64,000 nt of DNA from Candidatus Gottesmanbacteria bacterium (GCA_963809665.1 CAWEKC010000003.1:25277-89276); one strand, 5' to 3'; positions 30,831 to 43,365 are shown, numbered from the stretch's first letter. Notes: generated by a model from the sequence alone, not told the origin. Translations and numbers: made by a program.

Positions 30831-32540
30831 TTAGCAGCCGGCCGGCCACGTGGGGAGTGAAACACCCGGAGCCATAGTGGAATAAATAAGCTGCAGTTCC
30901 TGTATATACCCGTCAATTTTTGCTTTATTTGCGGACGAGAGCGTATTGTAACAGCCATTGCCGATCCAATACATTGCGACGAAATCCCGCAGCGTTTTCC
31001 CCGGACATGTAGCCGCATAGGAGGCAGGTAATTTGAGAAACCGGTCCAGCTGTTCGCTGAAATTTCCGGCGATACTTTGAATATTGACGCCGAAATCCTG
31101 GATCGTTCGGCCGGTTAACTGCCTGCCGCAGGTGTAATTGCTTGCACCGGATTCATGAAGCCAGATGGCGAGGGCAAATAACGGGTCAACACATGCCTTG
31201 ACGGCCCTTGCGATGACATCGTTTTTACACATTTTCCACGCATTATCCGTGCCGGCGGCACATCCGCCGTACACTCTGTCGGCGTATGACTGACCCCCAT
31301 CCGGATTTAATCCCTTGACGGTTTGTTCCGAGACACTTGTATCACAGTTCCACCCGCCGGTTGTCGTTGAACCCACCCAATTTTTGTTACAGGTGTCGCT
31401 CATTCCTGCGATTGTCTGATAGTCTGCCGGCATGAGCGTGCAGTTCGTATAATCTCCGGCGGCCTCGACGCGTGCGGCAAATGCATTTGCGTTGGAAGCC
31501 TGTATTGTTGTCTTGGTTATGGTTTGATCCCATTGTTGTTGATCGCCGTTAGCATTAAGGGCGGATTTATATGTCGGATCAATTTCATCCTGCCGGTACA
31601 TGCTGTTGACGAATCCGCCTGCAGCGCAGAGCTTCTGTTTTTGTTCGTCAGATGCGTAACTTAAGGATGCTAAATCCGATGATGTCGCGCATCCGGCAGT
31701 CAGCGCATCGGCATGGCCGGCAAACGGATTTTGAGCGGTGCCTACGATCTGGGCAGTGGCGGTGAGCGTTCCGCTTGCGCTGGACGTTCCACCACTTCCG
31801 GTTAAAAGTTTAATCATGGCAGCTGTAAACTTATAGACAAGACCAGCAAATGCCGTTGAGGCACTTGATCCATAGCTGTTATTAAATTGGGAGGGTTTGG
31901 TTTCGAGCGGTTTACTTTCACCGGTTGGTATAGAATCGCACGGGAGTGCTGCATCCTGTTTAATAGTGATAGGAGGCAGAGTGTAGTCCTGCGATTCCTG
32001 TACATATCCGGTCGTGAATGATGAGAGCCTGCGGGACCCTTCGCCCTGTGCACGGAGCCACGGCTGATCGGCAGTGACTATAGTCGTTTCACTTACAGCG
32101 TCCCTGTATTGACCGGTTTTCGGATCTAAAACGCAGATTCGACTGGTCATGGAAGCTGATTTTGACGATTCGTCATGCTGTTCGTTTTCCTGGAGCTGTG
32201 CAGGATTTAATTCAAAATCGCTTGCTGATTGGATTTGATTTGCGAATGAATCGAGTTTAGGATTTCCGTTGTAATACGTTTCGTTGTGCGGTTGTAATAT
32301 TCCAAGCCAGTTCAGTGTATAGGATCGGTTGAGAAGAGCGTCGATAGTATTTGCGACATCAGCAATTTCCTGCTGTAACGGTATGACTGTATTTACCCCA
32401 TCGCCGGTTGTCGCGCACGGTTTGGTGGGGTCAGTGCAATCGCGGACGGTAAACAGGGAATCAACGGCACGCGCGTGGGATATTCCGGCAAGACAGAAGT
32501 ATATAGCAAAAACAATAACAAAATTCCGGATATTCCGCAT
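30831..32540 (-). CDS. Secreted 569-aa protein. The C-terminal region has a possible lytic-transglycosylase/lysozyme-like motif (AIWLHESGASNY).
   Basis: Signal peptide MRNIRNFVIVFAIYFCLAGISHA. ES motif weakly SLT-like. Confidence 0.4.
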   Translation of the reverse strand: MRNIRNFVIVFAIYFCLAGISHARAVDSLFTVRDCTDPTKPCATTGDGVNTVIPLQQEIADVANTIDALLNRSYTLNWLGILQPHNETYYNGNPKLDSFANQIQSASDFELNPAQLQENEQHDESSKSASMTSRICVLDPKTGQYRDAVSETTIVTADQPWLRAQGEGSRRLSSFTTGYVQESQDYTLPPITIKQDAALPCDSIPTGESKPLETKPSQFNNSYGSSASTAFAGLVYKFTAAMIKLLTGSGGTSSASGTLTATAQIVGTAQNPFAGHADALTAGCATSSDLASLSYASDEQKQKLCAAGGFVNSMYRQDEIDPTYKSALNANGDQQQWDQTITKTTIQASNANAFAARVEAAGDYTNCTLMPADYQTIAGMSDTCNKNWVGSTTTGGWNCDTSVSEQTVKGLNPDGGQSYADRVYGGCAAGTDNAWKMCKNDVIARAVKACVDPLFALAIWLHESGASNYTCGRQLTGRTIQDFGVNIQSIAGNFSEQLDRFLKLPASYAATCPGKTLRDFVAMYWIGNGCYNTLSSANKAKIDGYIQELQLIYSTMAPGVSLPTWPAGC

Positions 32541-32600
32541 GTAAATTCATCATAGCAAATTGACAAGCATCTTGCAGGAGCGATACAATCCTAAGTACCG

Positions 32601-33476
32601 ATGAAAAAACAGACCGTCCGCAAAGCAGTCATCCCAGCCGCAGGATTCGGGACCAGATTCCTGCCCCAGACCAAGGCCATGCCCAAGGAAATGCTTCCGA
32701 TCGTTGATAAGCCCGTCATTCAGTATGTGGTTGAAGAACTGGTTGCCTCGGGTATTACCGATATCGTTATTGTCACAGGATGGAATAAACGCGCCATTGA
32801 AGACCATTTTGATTATCCGAACGAGCTAATTCAGATGTTAAAGGAACAAGGGAAACATGAGCTTATCGAGTCGGTAAAAAAAACCGCGGAACTTGCTAAT
32901 TTCATCTATATCCGGCAAAAAGGCCCATACGGCAACGGGACACCGGTTCTTTGCGCTAAATCCGTCATTGGCGATGAACCGTTTGTGACTATATGGGGTG
33001 ACGAATTTATTTACGCACACCCGCCGCGGGCCAAACAATGCATCGACGTATTTGAAAAATACGGAGATCCGGTTATTTCGGCAATTCGCGTGCCTAAGAA
33101 TGACGTTTCACGCTACGGGATAGTTGAGGTTACCGAAATTGAAAAAAACGTCGGTCAGATTAAACGACTGCTTGAAAAACCGAGTAAAGAAGAAGCGCCT
33201 GGTAACTTGGCGGCACACGGTTGTTATGTGTTAACACCGGATATTTTTCCGATTCTTGAACATTTAGCTCCGGGGAAAGCAGGGGAAATTTGGCTTACCG
33301 ATGCCATTAAAGAATTAATGAAGTCCCGTCCTGTCTATTCATGTGAGGTGACGGATGCGAAATATTACGATACGGGAAACAAGCTGGAATACCTTAAAAC
33401 CGTCGTCGAGTTTGCGCTCCAGCACAAAGATTTAAACGGTGATTTCCGGCAGTACCTCAAGAGTTTGAAGCTCTAA
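32601..33476 (+). CDS. galU: UTP--glucose-1-phosphate uridylyltransferase
   Basis: VRKAVIPAAGFGTRFLPQTKAMPKEMLPIVDKPVIQYVVEE is the canonical GalU N-terminus. Confidence 0.85.
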   Translation: MKKQTVRKAVIPAAGFGTRFLPQTKAMPKEMLPIVDKPVIQYVVEELVASGITDIVIVTGWNKRAIEDHFDYPNELIQMLKEQGKHELIESVKKTAELANFIYIRQKGPYGNGTPVLCAKSVIGDEPFVTIWGDEFIYAHPPRAKQCIDVFEKYGDPVISAIRVPKNDVSRYGIVEVTEIEKNVGQIKRLLEKPSKEEAPGNLAAHGCYVLTPDIFPILEHLAPGKAGEIWLTDAIKELMKSRPVYSCEVTDAKYYDTGNKLEYLKTVVEFALQHKDLNGDFRQYLKSLKL

Positions 33477-33478
33477 TA

Positions 33479-34183
33479 TTACTCCGACGGTGGAATTCCG
33501 TAGATAACCACTTCCGTTCCGGGATTACCCGGATTTGCCAGCGTACTCCATGCTCTGGGATTGGTAACTACCGGAGTGGTCCAGTCATAAAGTTTTGCCG
33601 CATCGTCAGTCTGCATATTAATGCATCCGTGACTCATCGGATGGCCGAAGTTGTGGTGCCAGTACGTGCCGTGGAAACTGTACCCGAGATATTTGGCAAC
33701 CTGATTGTTATAAAAGAATTGCACGTAGGGGACATTCGGCAGATAATAATAGGTTCCGTCTGACTGATTGCCGCCGGACATAAGTTGGCTGCGGACTTTA
33801 GCCCAGATGCGGAATGTGCCTGTCGGTGTCCGGCCCCATTTGCCGGTAGAGACGGTGAAATCGAATATCTTGGTATTTCCCTGATACGCGTAGACTTTTT
33901 GATTGGTAAGGTCTACCTCGATTCTTTTATCATTGGGTGAAGCAACTCCGAGGACACGGCTGGTTTGCTTCAGATCCGCCAGTTGCACGGGAATTACTTC
34001 CGATCCGTGAAACACTGCGTAATGCTCGTCCGCCGGCTGACCGAGTATTTCTCCGGCAATAAGTTTGGAAAGGGAAACCGGATCCGCAAGCGGTTCAGTT
34101 TTAGCGGATGTATGTTTTGTCTGAAGTAAGAAAAAAGAAGCGAGAAATAGCACAAAGAAGCTGACAAAGAATTTCAATTTCAT
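33479..34183 (-). CDS. Secreted L,D-transpeptidase (YkuD) domain protein
   Basis: Signal peptide. Catalytic HG...SHGCINM motif. Confidence 0.75.
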   Translation of the reverse strand: MKLKFFVSFFVLFLASFFLLQTKHTSAKTEPLADPVSLSKLIAGEILGQPADEHYAVFHGSEVIPVQLADLKQTSRVLGVASPNDKRIEVDLTNQKVYAYQGNTKIFDFTVSTGKWGRTPTGTFRIWAKVRSQLMSGGNQSDGTYYYLPNVPYVQFFYNNQVAKYLGYSFHGTYWHHNFGHPMSHGCINMQTDDAAKLYDWTTPVVTNPRAWSTLANPGNPGTEVVIYGIPPSE

Positions 34184-34185
34184 AC

Positions 34186-34923
34186 TCAGGGTTTTGTAAA
34201 TATAAATGTATCCGATTCGATTTCTTTGCCCGATATCCGAATGGTAAAAAAGTATCGGTAGGTTCCGGCAGGAACATTCGGAATTGTAAGTTGGTGAGTC
34301 CGGTTGTTTTGGCTTTGCAACGGGGCGGTAAAATTATTAAGTGCCGGAATGTGCACCGTGAGAGCGGCATTCATATTGGTTGTAGCGGTGACGAGTACAG
34401 TACTATTATCAGTAACAGTGTATATTGCATAGCCGGTGAGAATCTGTTTGGCCTGTGACTCTACAGTTTGCCGCTGTTGTATCCCCCTGATGGTTATTGC
34501 GAGTCCTCCGGATAAGAGAAGAAGCAGCATGCTGCCCAAGAGAATACTGCTGACATTGGGTGCGGGAATATGCCAGAGTTTGTGATATTCAATTTTTGTT
34601 TGTTGAGCACGCTTGAATGCGGCAAGTTGTCCCGTAGGGAAAAAATACCCGTGATCATTCGGGCAGTCAAAGATGAATACGTCGTCAGGGACATTGTCTC
34701 CTGAACTCCGTGTGAGCAGCTTCCCGCATACCGGACAGTAATATGTTGCGTGCAGTGAGATTGCCCGGGGTGCCGCAGTGGTATTTGTTTTAATATAATT
34801 AGCGGAAAATGAATCCATCCAGTATCCATGACACACGGGACAGGTAGAATAGGAGACCGTCAAGCCGCTTTCACCCTGCGCGGTATGGTTGGTTAAATCT
34901 GCATCAGCCGCGGGACACTTCAT
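34186..34923 (-). CDS. Zinc-ribbon (double CPxCG) membrane protein with an extracytoplasmic beta domain
   Basis: CPVCHGYW and CPVCGKLL motifs, one TM segment. Confidence 0.4.
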   Translation of the reverse strand: MKCPAADADLTNHTAQGESGLTVSYSTCPVCHGYWMDSFSANYIKTNTTAAPRAISLHATYYCPVCGKLLTRSSGDNVPDDVFIFDCPNDHGYFFPTGQLAAFKRAQQTKIEYHKLWHIPAPNVSSILLGSMLLLLLSGGLAITIRGIQQRQTVESQAKQILTGYAIYTVTDNSTVLVTATTNMNAALTVHIPALNNFTAPLQSQNNRTHQLTIPNVPAGTYRYFFTIRISGKEIESDTFIFTKP

Positions 34924-34942
34924 AGATCCAGTATAACGTATT

Positions 34943-35653
34943 TTAGTTCCCCCACGTAAAGAATTCGTTTACCGTCATGTGGTTGATAATATAAAACGCG
35001 AGGCTTCTGACAACGGTACCGATTGGTCCCATAAATTGTGAATTGTGCGCGCGGAGCGCCCTGAGTTTGGTAAGGGTATCCGCCCAGTTCAACTGAAGTT
35101 CCACATCGGGTTTGATTGGTTTGATACCGGGTTTTTTCGCCATCTTTGCTGCAGATTCCGGCACGCGGTAGGAAGGGGAGACGGTGATGTAGAGTAACCG
35201 CGTGGGTCTCCGGACGACCGATCTGACATATTCACTTAACGCGATATGGTCGGGGTGGCCGTACACGCCGTGCGGCTCGAGGGTTACAACGTACGTCGGA
35301 CGGAAATCCCCAATATTTGTGCGGATTGTCTGTTTTATTTTCTCGCCGATATATTCCAATCCGCCGTCAGGATATGTATATGTATGAAAATTTTTTACAC
35401 CAAGGATGGAAAGTGCGCGTCCGAATTCTTTTTCGCGAATACGGCCGAGATTATCCGTTGGTTTCAGGCCGAATCGTAGGGTGCTGTTTTCCCCTCTTGT
35501 CATTGTGATAACACGGATCGGAATTTTTGAAGTATATAAACGGTGGATGAAACCGCCGCAGAAAATCGTTTCGTCGTCCGGATGGGGCATTACAACAAGA
35601 ATACGGCTGGCGGCGTCAATACCGAGCGTGGAAAGCGAACCTGTCGTAATCAT
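34943..35653 (-). CDS. PIG-L/LmbE family N-acetylglucosaminyl deacetylase
   Basis: ILVVMPHPDDETIFCGG and HPDHIA motifs. Confidence 0.75.
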   Translation of the reverse strand: MITTGSLSTLGIDAASRILVVMPHPDDETIFCGGFIHRLYTSKIPIRVITMTRGENSTLRFGLKPTDNLGRIREKEFGRALSILGVKNFHTYTYPDGGLEYIGEKIKQTIRTNIGDFRPTYVVTLEPHGVYGHPDHIALSEYVRSVVRRPTRLLYITVSPSYRVPESAAKMAKKPGIKPIKPDVELQLNWADTLTKLRALRAHNSQFMGPIGTVVRSLAFYIINHMTVNEFFTWGN

Positions 35654-35663
35654 GAGAGATTAC

Positions 35664-36857
35664 TCAGGCCACCGGAGGCGTAGGCGGCGGTTGGATAAAG
35701 GGCGTGGGGGGCGTTTTTTTCTTGCGTAACAGCAGGAAGGCTGCGGCGATTGCAGCAAGGACTCCGATTACCCACCATACGAGATTTCCGAGAGGATTTT
35801 TAGAAGGCTCAAGGGCAAGCGTCGGGGTGACACTTGGCGTGGGTGTCAAGGAGACGATTGCGACGACTTCGGGTGTCGGCGTAATATTTGTATAAGCGAT
35901 AACCCGCTGGTAGTACGTTGCAGGGGTGGTTGTAGAGGGATTGATGACGATTACCCGTTTACAGTCGTTGGAAAAACCGGAAAAAACATTATTATTGTCG
36001 CGCACGCGGCATAATGCCCCCAGCGATCCGATTGTTGAATAGGTATGAGTTGTCGAAATAGATCCCGGGCTGCCGGCGTTTTTGTACACCGTATCAATCG
36101 TTCCGTCGCCGAAGGTAAATTCCGCGGCGTTGATATACCCGTCGGGGTCGATACCGGAACAGGTAAATGTTACGGAGAGCGGGGCGCCGGTGCCGGTCGT
36201 CGTATTGCTTGTGAGCGTGACACACGTGGGTGTTGTATTATTTCCTCCACCAGACTGACCGGGTGTCGGAGTCGGCGTTGGGGTTCCTGCACCGACCGTC
36301 GGCGTGGGGGTGGGTGCGGTGCCGTTACTATACGTCAGGGCAACCGAATTTGTTTGTGATGAGCAGGACGAGAGAACATTTTGGGCAGGGGAGATAGTGT
36401 AGATGTGAGTATTTGCGCAGTCGATTGAAACGGTACTGCTCCCTGAAGATTTTTTTGCTTTGAAAACAACCGTTGCATAGTTGCCGTTGCCGCTCGTGCC
36501 GATGGGTGACGATGTGTATGCATGGAGTTCAAGCACGTTATTTGCGGGGTCAGGTGCAGAACTGAAAAACGGGAAAAAATTTCCGTTTGATGCTGATACA
36601 AAATCCAGATCATTGGCCGCATACCGGATATAGACATCGCTGGTTTGTACCGAACCGGAGTCCGCATTGACACTTAATGTCAGTGTCACCGTGTTATTTT
36701 GTACTACGACGGCGCTCGTCGGGCTGAACAGCAAACTTGGAGCCGCCTGCGCTTGTGCCGCAGGAAAAGCTAATGCAAGAAAACCGACTGTGACTGCAGT
36801 GAGGAATCGGAGCAGTTTAGTTTTCATCGTAGCGCGTCTCCAGTGTTTGAAAAACAA
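35664..36857 (-). CDS. Cell-surface protein with a PKD-like domain and a C-terminal TM anchor
   Basis: Signal peptide; FTCSGIDPDGYINAAEFTFGDGT (PKD); C-terminal LVWWVIGVLAAIAAAFLLLRKKK. Confidence 0.5.
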   Translation of the reverse strand: MFFKHWRRATMKTKLLRFLTAVTVGFLALAFPAAQAQAAPSLLFSPTSAVVVQNNTVTLTLSVNADSGSVQTSDVYIRYAANDLDFVSASNGNFFPFFSSAPDPANNVLELHAYTSSPIGTSGNGNYATVVFKAKKSSGSSTVSIDCANTHIYTISPAQNVLSSCSSQTNSVALTYSNGTAPTPTPTVGAGTPTPTPTPGQSGGGNNTTPTCVTLTSNTTTGTGAPLSVTFTCSGIDPDGYINAAEFTFGDGTIDTVYKNAGSPGSISTTHTYSTIGSLGALCRVRDNNNVFSGFSNDCKRVIVINPSTTTPATYYQRVIAYTNITPTPEVVAIVSLTPTPSVTPTLALEPSKNPLGNLVWWVIGVLAAIAAAFLLLRKKKTPPTPFIQPPPTPPVA

Positions 36858-38307
36858 GGCTTAGATCCAACGAATCGACTTTGCCGCTGTAATTAACATC
36901 TGCTGTTAAGAGGTCCTGCGGTGTTTGTTGTGAACTGGGTTTGTTGAAAAGGTCCGTGATGAGCTTGATATCGTCGGTATTCACTTTTCCGTCATGATTC
37001 AGGTCGCCGGGTGGCAGCGGCCTGCCGGTAAAGTCGAACGTATCTGATTGCGTTGCTATGTATTCCGTGTCATTACACGGTTCTGTCTGTCCTGATGGTC
37101 GGCAGAAAACAATCTGTGAATGTTTCTCGCCTTTAATAAGTACACGGTACTCCGTAGGCGCGGGAAGGGGATTTGTAACTGTCGCGGTTGCCGTATATAC
37201 ACCGTTTCCGAGCGGGTTTAGCACTAATGGTTTATCAAGCTGAAGTACTGTACCGTTCTTGAGTTTAAGCTTCACTGTTATTGTTGCTCCCTGGGCCTCT
37301 GCTCCGTTTACTCCCATGAGTTTTACCCTAAATGTCATTATTCTCGGCAGAAGTATCGGGGTGGGAGTCGGTGTCGGTGTCAGATATTGTGAAACAGTAG
37401 GATAGGGAGGCCGTGTCGGTGTCGGCGTCATATAGTATGACGGAGTAGGATATCTGGTCGGTGACGGAGAGATCGGGATGCAGCGGTAATTCTGACAAAT
37501 ACCGGGTTGAGCAAGTACAGACAGGACTTCGGACAGCGGATAACTAGTACCGGCAGGTGAGGTCGGGCAGGAGAAAGTGGTAAAAGTGCAGCTCGATCCG
37601 TTTGGTGAACAACTCACTCCTGAAGGCGTCGGATAATAGGACGGAGTGGGATACCGTGTCGGTGTCGGCGTGAGCCATGTTTCACAACGCCCGCTGATAC
37701 AGACTCCACCGCGTGTTGTGCATTTATCGATACAATTCGGTGTACCCGGCGGGCATGCCGGCGCGCACGTATCGGTACACGCGGAACCCTCTGTTTTTCC
37801 CGAACAAACATTCGTACCGGGTGTGGGTGTAATCCATGTTTCACATTTGCCGCTTATACAGAATCCGCTGCGTGTCGTACATTGATCCGTACACACTTTT
37901 ACATCCGGCGGGCATGCTCTCGCACAGGTATCGGTACACGCAGAACCCTCTGTTTTTCCCGAACAGACATTCGTACCGGGCGTGGGTGTAGCCATACTGC
38001 AGTTGGGGATAAAAGGTTTACCGTTTGATATCCAGGCGTTGTATCCGGTTAGCTCTTCTTCCGTCAGGGGGACAAGTACAGCAGCACATCCTTGGGCGTT
38101 CGGGTTCCCTTTGCAGCCATCAGGCCAGTTAAGCTTACCGTCAAACTCGGTAACGCGGTTCCAGCAGATTTCAGCAGTTGTTGTCGCAGCGCGTTTTCGA
38201 AGTTCAATCCGCTGCGTCGCGACTGCCCATATGAAGATAGGAAGTCCTACAATCAAAAAGACTGCAATAAGTAATTTGATCCATGGAATCCGTTTGGTTC
38301 CGATCAT
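36817..38307 (-). CDS. Membrane-anchored surface protein with two duplicated 8-Cys modules, Pro/Thr/Tyr linkers and a C-terminal type-I dockerin
   Basis: N-terminal TM. Duplicated module TPTPGTNVCSGKTEGSACTDTCA(R/P)ACPP...C(I)SG(K/R)CETW. Dockerin repeats DLNHDGKVNTDDIKLITDLF and DVNYSGKVDSLDLSLVFQTL. Confidence 0.65.
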   Translation of the reverse strand: MIGTKRIPWIKLLIAVFLIVGLPIFIWAVATQRIELRKRAATTTAEICWNRVTEFDGKLNWPDGCKGNPNAQGCAAVLVPLTEEELTGYNAWISNGKPFIPNCSMATPTPGTNVCSGKTEGSACTDTCARACPPDVKVCTDQCTTRSGFCISGKCETWITPTPGTNVCSGKTEGSACTDTCAPACPPGTPNCIDKCTTRGGVCISGRCETWLTPTPTRYPTPSYYPTPSGVSCSPNGSSCTFTTFSCPTSPAGTSYPLSEVLSVLAQPGICQNYRCIPISPSPTRYPTPSYYMTPTPTRPPYPTVSQYLTPTPTPTPILLPRIMTFRVKLMGVNGAEAQGATITVKLKLKNGTVLQLDKPLVLNPLGNGVYTATATVTNPLPAPTEYRVLIKGEKHSQIVFCRPSGQTEPCNDTEYIATQSDTFDFTGRPLPPGDLNHDGKVNTDDIKLITDLFNKPSSQQTPQDLLTADVNYSGKVDSLDLSLVFQTLETRYDEN

Positions 38308-38406
38308 ACGGGTATATGACTTCTTGTTCTTATCGTACCCAACAGGAAAAATAATTGCAAGTACCTATCTACCATTATATATACGTTCACAGATGCGTTG
38401 TGTGGG

Positions 38407-38477
38407 CAGGGCCACGTGGAGTCGAACCACGATCAGAGGTTTTGGAGACCCCCATTCTACCATTGAACTATGGCCCT
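38407..38477 (-). tRNA. trnW: tRNA-Trp (anticodon CCA)
   Basis: Cloverleaf folded by hand: acceptor AGGGCCA/TGGCCCT, D-arm GTTC/GAAT, anticodon loop CTCCAAA, T-arm CGTGG-TTCGACT-CCACG. Confidence 0.8.
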
Positions 38478-38493
38478 AGATGGATTAATTATA

Positions 38494-39003
38494 TCACGGG
38501 AGTAGCCGGAGGGTTTTGACTGCAGCGTTAAACGAAGCTCCGTAACCGGCGATGTAGCTGTCTAAGCCTTTTACCGGATGTGTGAAAATGACGATATCAA
38601 TAGGCGTTCCGTCCCGGGCTGAACTGTCGTGATAGAGTTTTGCCGATATGGTCGCACTACCGGAGGCCGGAATAGAGAGGGTTTCGATTTTATCCACAGG
38701 AAGAGCGGGTCTGGGGATATCCTTTTGGCATGTGACGGTGATGGACTGAGTTTTATCCGATGTGTTATTGAAGATTGCGCTGCCTGATGCATTTTCCAGA
38801 ACGGTAAACGTTGACGGATACGACAGCGAAAATCCGCAATAAGTATCCATATATGTTTGCGTGATAATTTCAGGTTCGGGCGAGGGAGTTTGTACGGGGG
38901 AAGGAGAAGGGGGTTTAGTCATTCGGCTACCCACATTCACGCCGATAAGCACTGCGGCACATACGGCAAGAATACTCACCAGAAGAAGGGTGTTCCGATG
39001 CAT
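38494..39003 (-). CDS. Secreted hypothetical protein
   Basis: Signal/TM MHRNTLLLVSILAVCAAVLIGV. Confidence 0.4.
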   Translation of the reverse strand: MHRNTLLLVSILAVCAAVLIGVNVGSRMTKPPSPSPVQTPSPEPEIITQTYMDTYCGFSLSYPSTFTVLENASGSAIFNNTSDKTQSITVTCQKDIPRPALPVDKIETLSIPASGSATISAKLYHDSSARDGTPIDIVIFTHPVKGLDSYIAGYGASFNAAVKTLRLLP

Positions 39004-39009
39004 ACGGTG

Positions 39010-39183
39010 TTAGTCTAATTTACTAGTTTCTTTATGTAGCGTGTGTTTTTTACAATACCGGCAATACTTAGTAAGCGCGAGTTTTTCCGGAGTATTTACT
39101 TTATTGCGCACGGAAATATAGTTCTGATGTTTACAGACAGAGCAAACGAGCGCGAGTAATTGCCGTTGGTCCTTTTTTGCCAT
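39010..39183 (-). CDS. rpmG: 50S ribosomal protein L33 (C4 zinc type)
   Basis: MAKKDQRQLLALVCSVCKHQNYISVRNKVNTPEKLALTKYCRYCKKHTLHKE. The ORF track extends upstream to 39390, which is spurious. Confidence 0.8.
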   Translation of the reverse strand: MAKKDQRQLLALVCSVCKHQNYISVRNKVNTPEKLALTKYCRYCKKHTLHKETSKLD

Positions 39184-39211
39184 AGGGCTTATTATACCGT
39201 AGCTGTGAGGC

Positions 39212-40105
39212 TTACTCAAGCAGATGGTTTGTGCTAATGGCCTCCGCAACTTTCCGGGCAAACAAGATCCGTCCGGAGTCGGAATAATGGATGTGGTCGC
39301 CGCCGTTAATATAGGTGAGATTTCCTTCTCCGGCACCCGTGAGGCTTGCGTGGTACGCGTCGGCCAAAGGAAGGTGCGCACCGGCGGCAAATTTTACCGT
39401 ACTGTCGAGGTATTGCTTGATCACCGAAGTACGCGTAATTTTATCCTCCCTGCTGAATGCGATGCCGGGGGCTCCGTCACCGAAGATCATACTGTTAGGT
39501 GCGATTGTCGATGCGATAATAATTTTGGCGCCGGGAATATTACTGCGGATAGTATCAACGGCGCGGGCCATCGCTATCCAATGACGGTCAAGCCCGCCCT
39601 CACCGGGAAACGGATTATAGGCGAAGGATTCGATAACGACGATATCGGGACGGGTAGAAGCCAGCGGCGGGATTTGGTTTCCCAGATATGAATACCCATT
39701 GGTTATCCTTTCTATCCCGAAATCTATATTGGTGCCACCGTCGCCGTAATTCAACAGGGTAAATTTGGTAGCCGGGTACATATTTTTCAAAAGGGCATGC
39801 AATGCAGGAATTCCGGGGCCGAGTGTATCAATCATCGAATCACCCAGGAGTGCGATCGTATATGATTGCTTTTTTGCCGTGCCGGCCGTAACCGTAGGCG
39901 AACGCTGGGGTGTGGGTTGAAGTGTGGGATTGGCTGTTGGTGTTGGCGTGATACCCGAAGTTTCACCCAGCACATCAACGATTTGCCCAAAAGAAACCCC
40001 GGGTTTCGGTGGAGGTGATGTTGCGGTGATCACGTCGTCCGGAATCGGGGAAATCACCGTGCCTGCGGCATATATGGTGAATGTGAAGAGTGCCAGCAGG
40101 TTCAT
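39212..40105 (-). CDS. Secreted SGNH/GDSL hydrolase
   Basis: Signal peptide, Pro-rich linker, ALLGDSMID (GDS block) and GGDHIHYSDSG (DxxH block). Confidence 0.65.
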   Translation of the reverse strand: MNLLALFTFTIYAAGTVISPIPDDVITATSPPPKPGVSFGQIVDVLGETSGITPTPTANPTLQPTPQRSPTVTAGTAKKQSYTIALLGDSMIDTLGPGIPALHALLKNMYPATKFTLLNYGDGGTNIDFGIERITNGYSYLGNQIPPLASTRPDIVVIESFAYNPFPGEGGLDRHWIAMARAVDTIRSNIPGAKIIIASTIAPNSMIFGDGAPGIAFSREDKITRTSVIKQYLDSTVKFAAGAHLPLADAYHASLTGAGEGNLTYINGGDHIHYSDSGRILFARKVAEAISTNHLLE

Positions 40106-40149
40106 AGATCTATGATAACGGATTTATAGAGGATTTATCAGAGGTGCAA

Positions 40150-40536
40150 TTACTCCCGCATGATGAGGTGTTCTTCGAACCGCTTCGCCTCAAAAAATTT
40201 TACGCAGAAATCGCGGGTCATTTGCGGGTCATACCACGCGCAGGAAAAAATATTCAGGTAGACGCTTTTTTTATATTCTGAAAAATGTGCCGTAACGGAA
40301 CTGGTTTCTATAAGTTGTACAAGTGAGTATCCGCTTGTCATTGGGTTTTCGTGACCGAAATGGGGGATGAACGGTTCTCCATACCGTTTCATTTTTATGA
40401 CGTTGTCGCAGAGTTCGATGACAAATTTTTTAATTTCCGCGCCTGAGGATATTTTTTCCAAACTGCAGTTATACAAATTCAGCGTGAGTTCCTGTCCGAA
40501 ATATTGGTCGTATTTTTTATCCGGGGCATTTAACAT
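40150..40536 (-). CDS. speH: Pyruvoyl-dependent S-adenosylmethionine decarboxylase-like proenzyme
   Basis: FGHENPMTSGYSLVQLIETSSVTAHFSE carries an ES self-cleavage motif similar to SpeH. Confidence 0.5.
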   Translation of the reverse strand: MLNAPDKKYDQYFGQELTLNLYNCSLEKISSGAEIKKFVIELCDNVIKMKRYGEPFIPHFGHENPMTSGYSLVQLIETSSVTAHFSEYKKSVYLNIFSCAWYDPQMTRDFCVKFFEAKRFEEHLIMRE

Positions 40537-40682
40537 AGAAATAAAAATAAATTCTTTCTATACATAGATAATGGTATTTTGCATTGAATGTCAATGACTA
40601 TTTTCATTATGATTACTTTTCTATAAGAGTCAAGCATTTTTGTATTTGACAACCGGGTAAAAAATATATATACACATGACGC

Positions 40683-43293
<2,611 letters not shown>

Positions 43294-43294
<1 letters not shown>

Positions 43295-43365
43295 GCCTGG
43301 AGGGAGAATCGAACTCCCAGTCAACTCCTTACCATGGAGTCGTTTTACCACTAAACTATCCAGGC
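43294..43365 (-). tRNA. trnT: tRNA-Thr (anticodon GGT)
   Basis: Acceptor GCCTGGA/TCCAGGC, anticodon loop ATGGTAA, T-arm GGGAG-TTCGATT-CTCCC. Confidence 0.75.

Noticed and set aside
39184-39390. N-terminal 69 codons of ORF 39010..39390 upstream of L33
   Set aside because: L33 homology starts at the MAKKDQRQ codon. The upstream in-frame region would overlap the GDSL hydrolase gene and is not conserved-looking.
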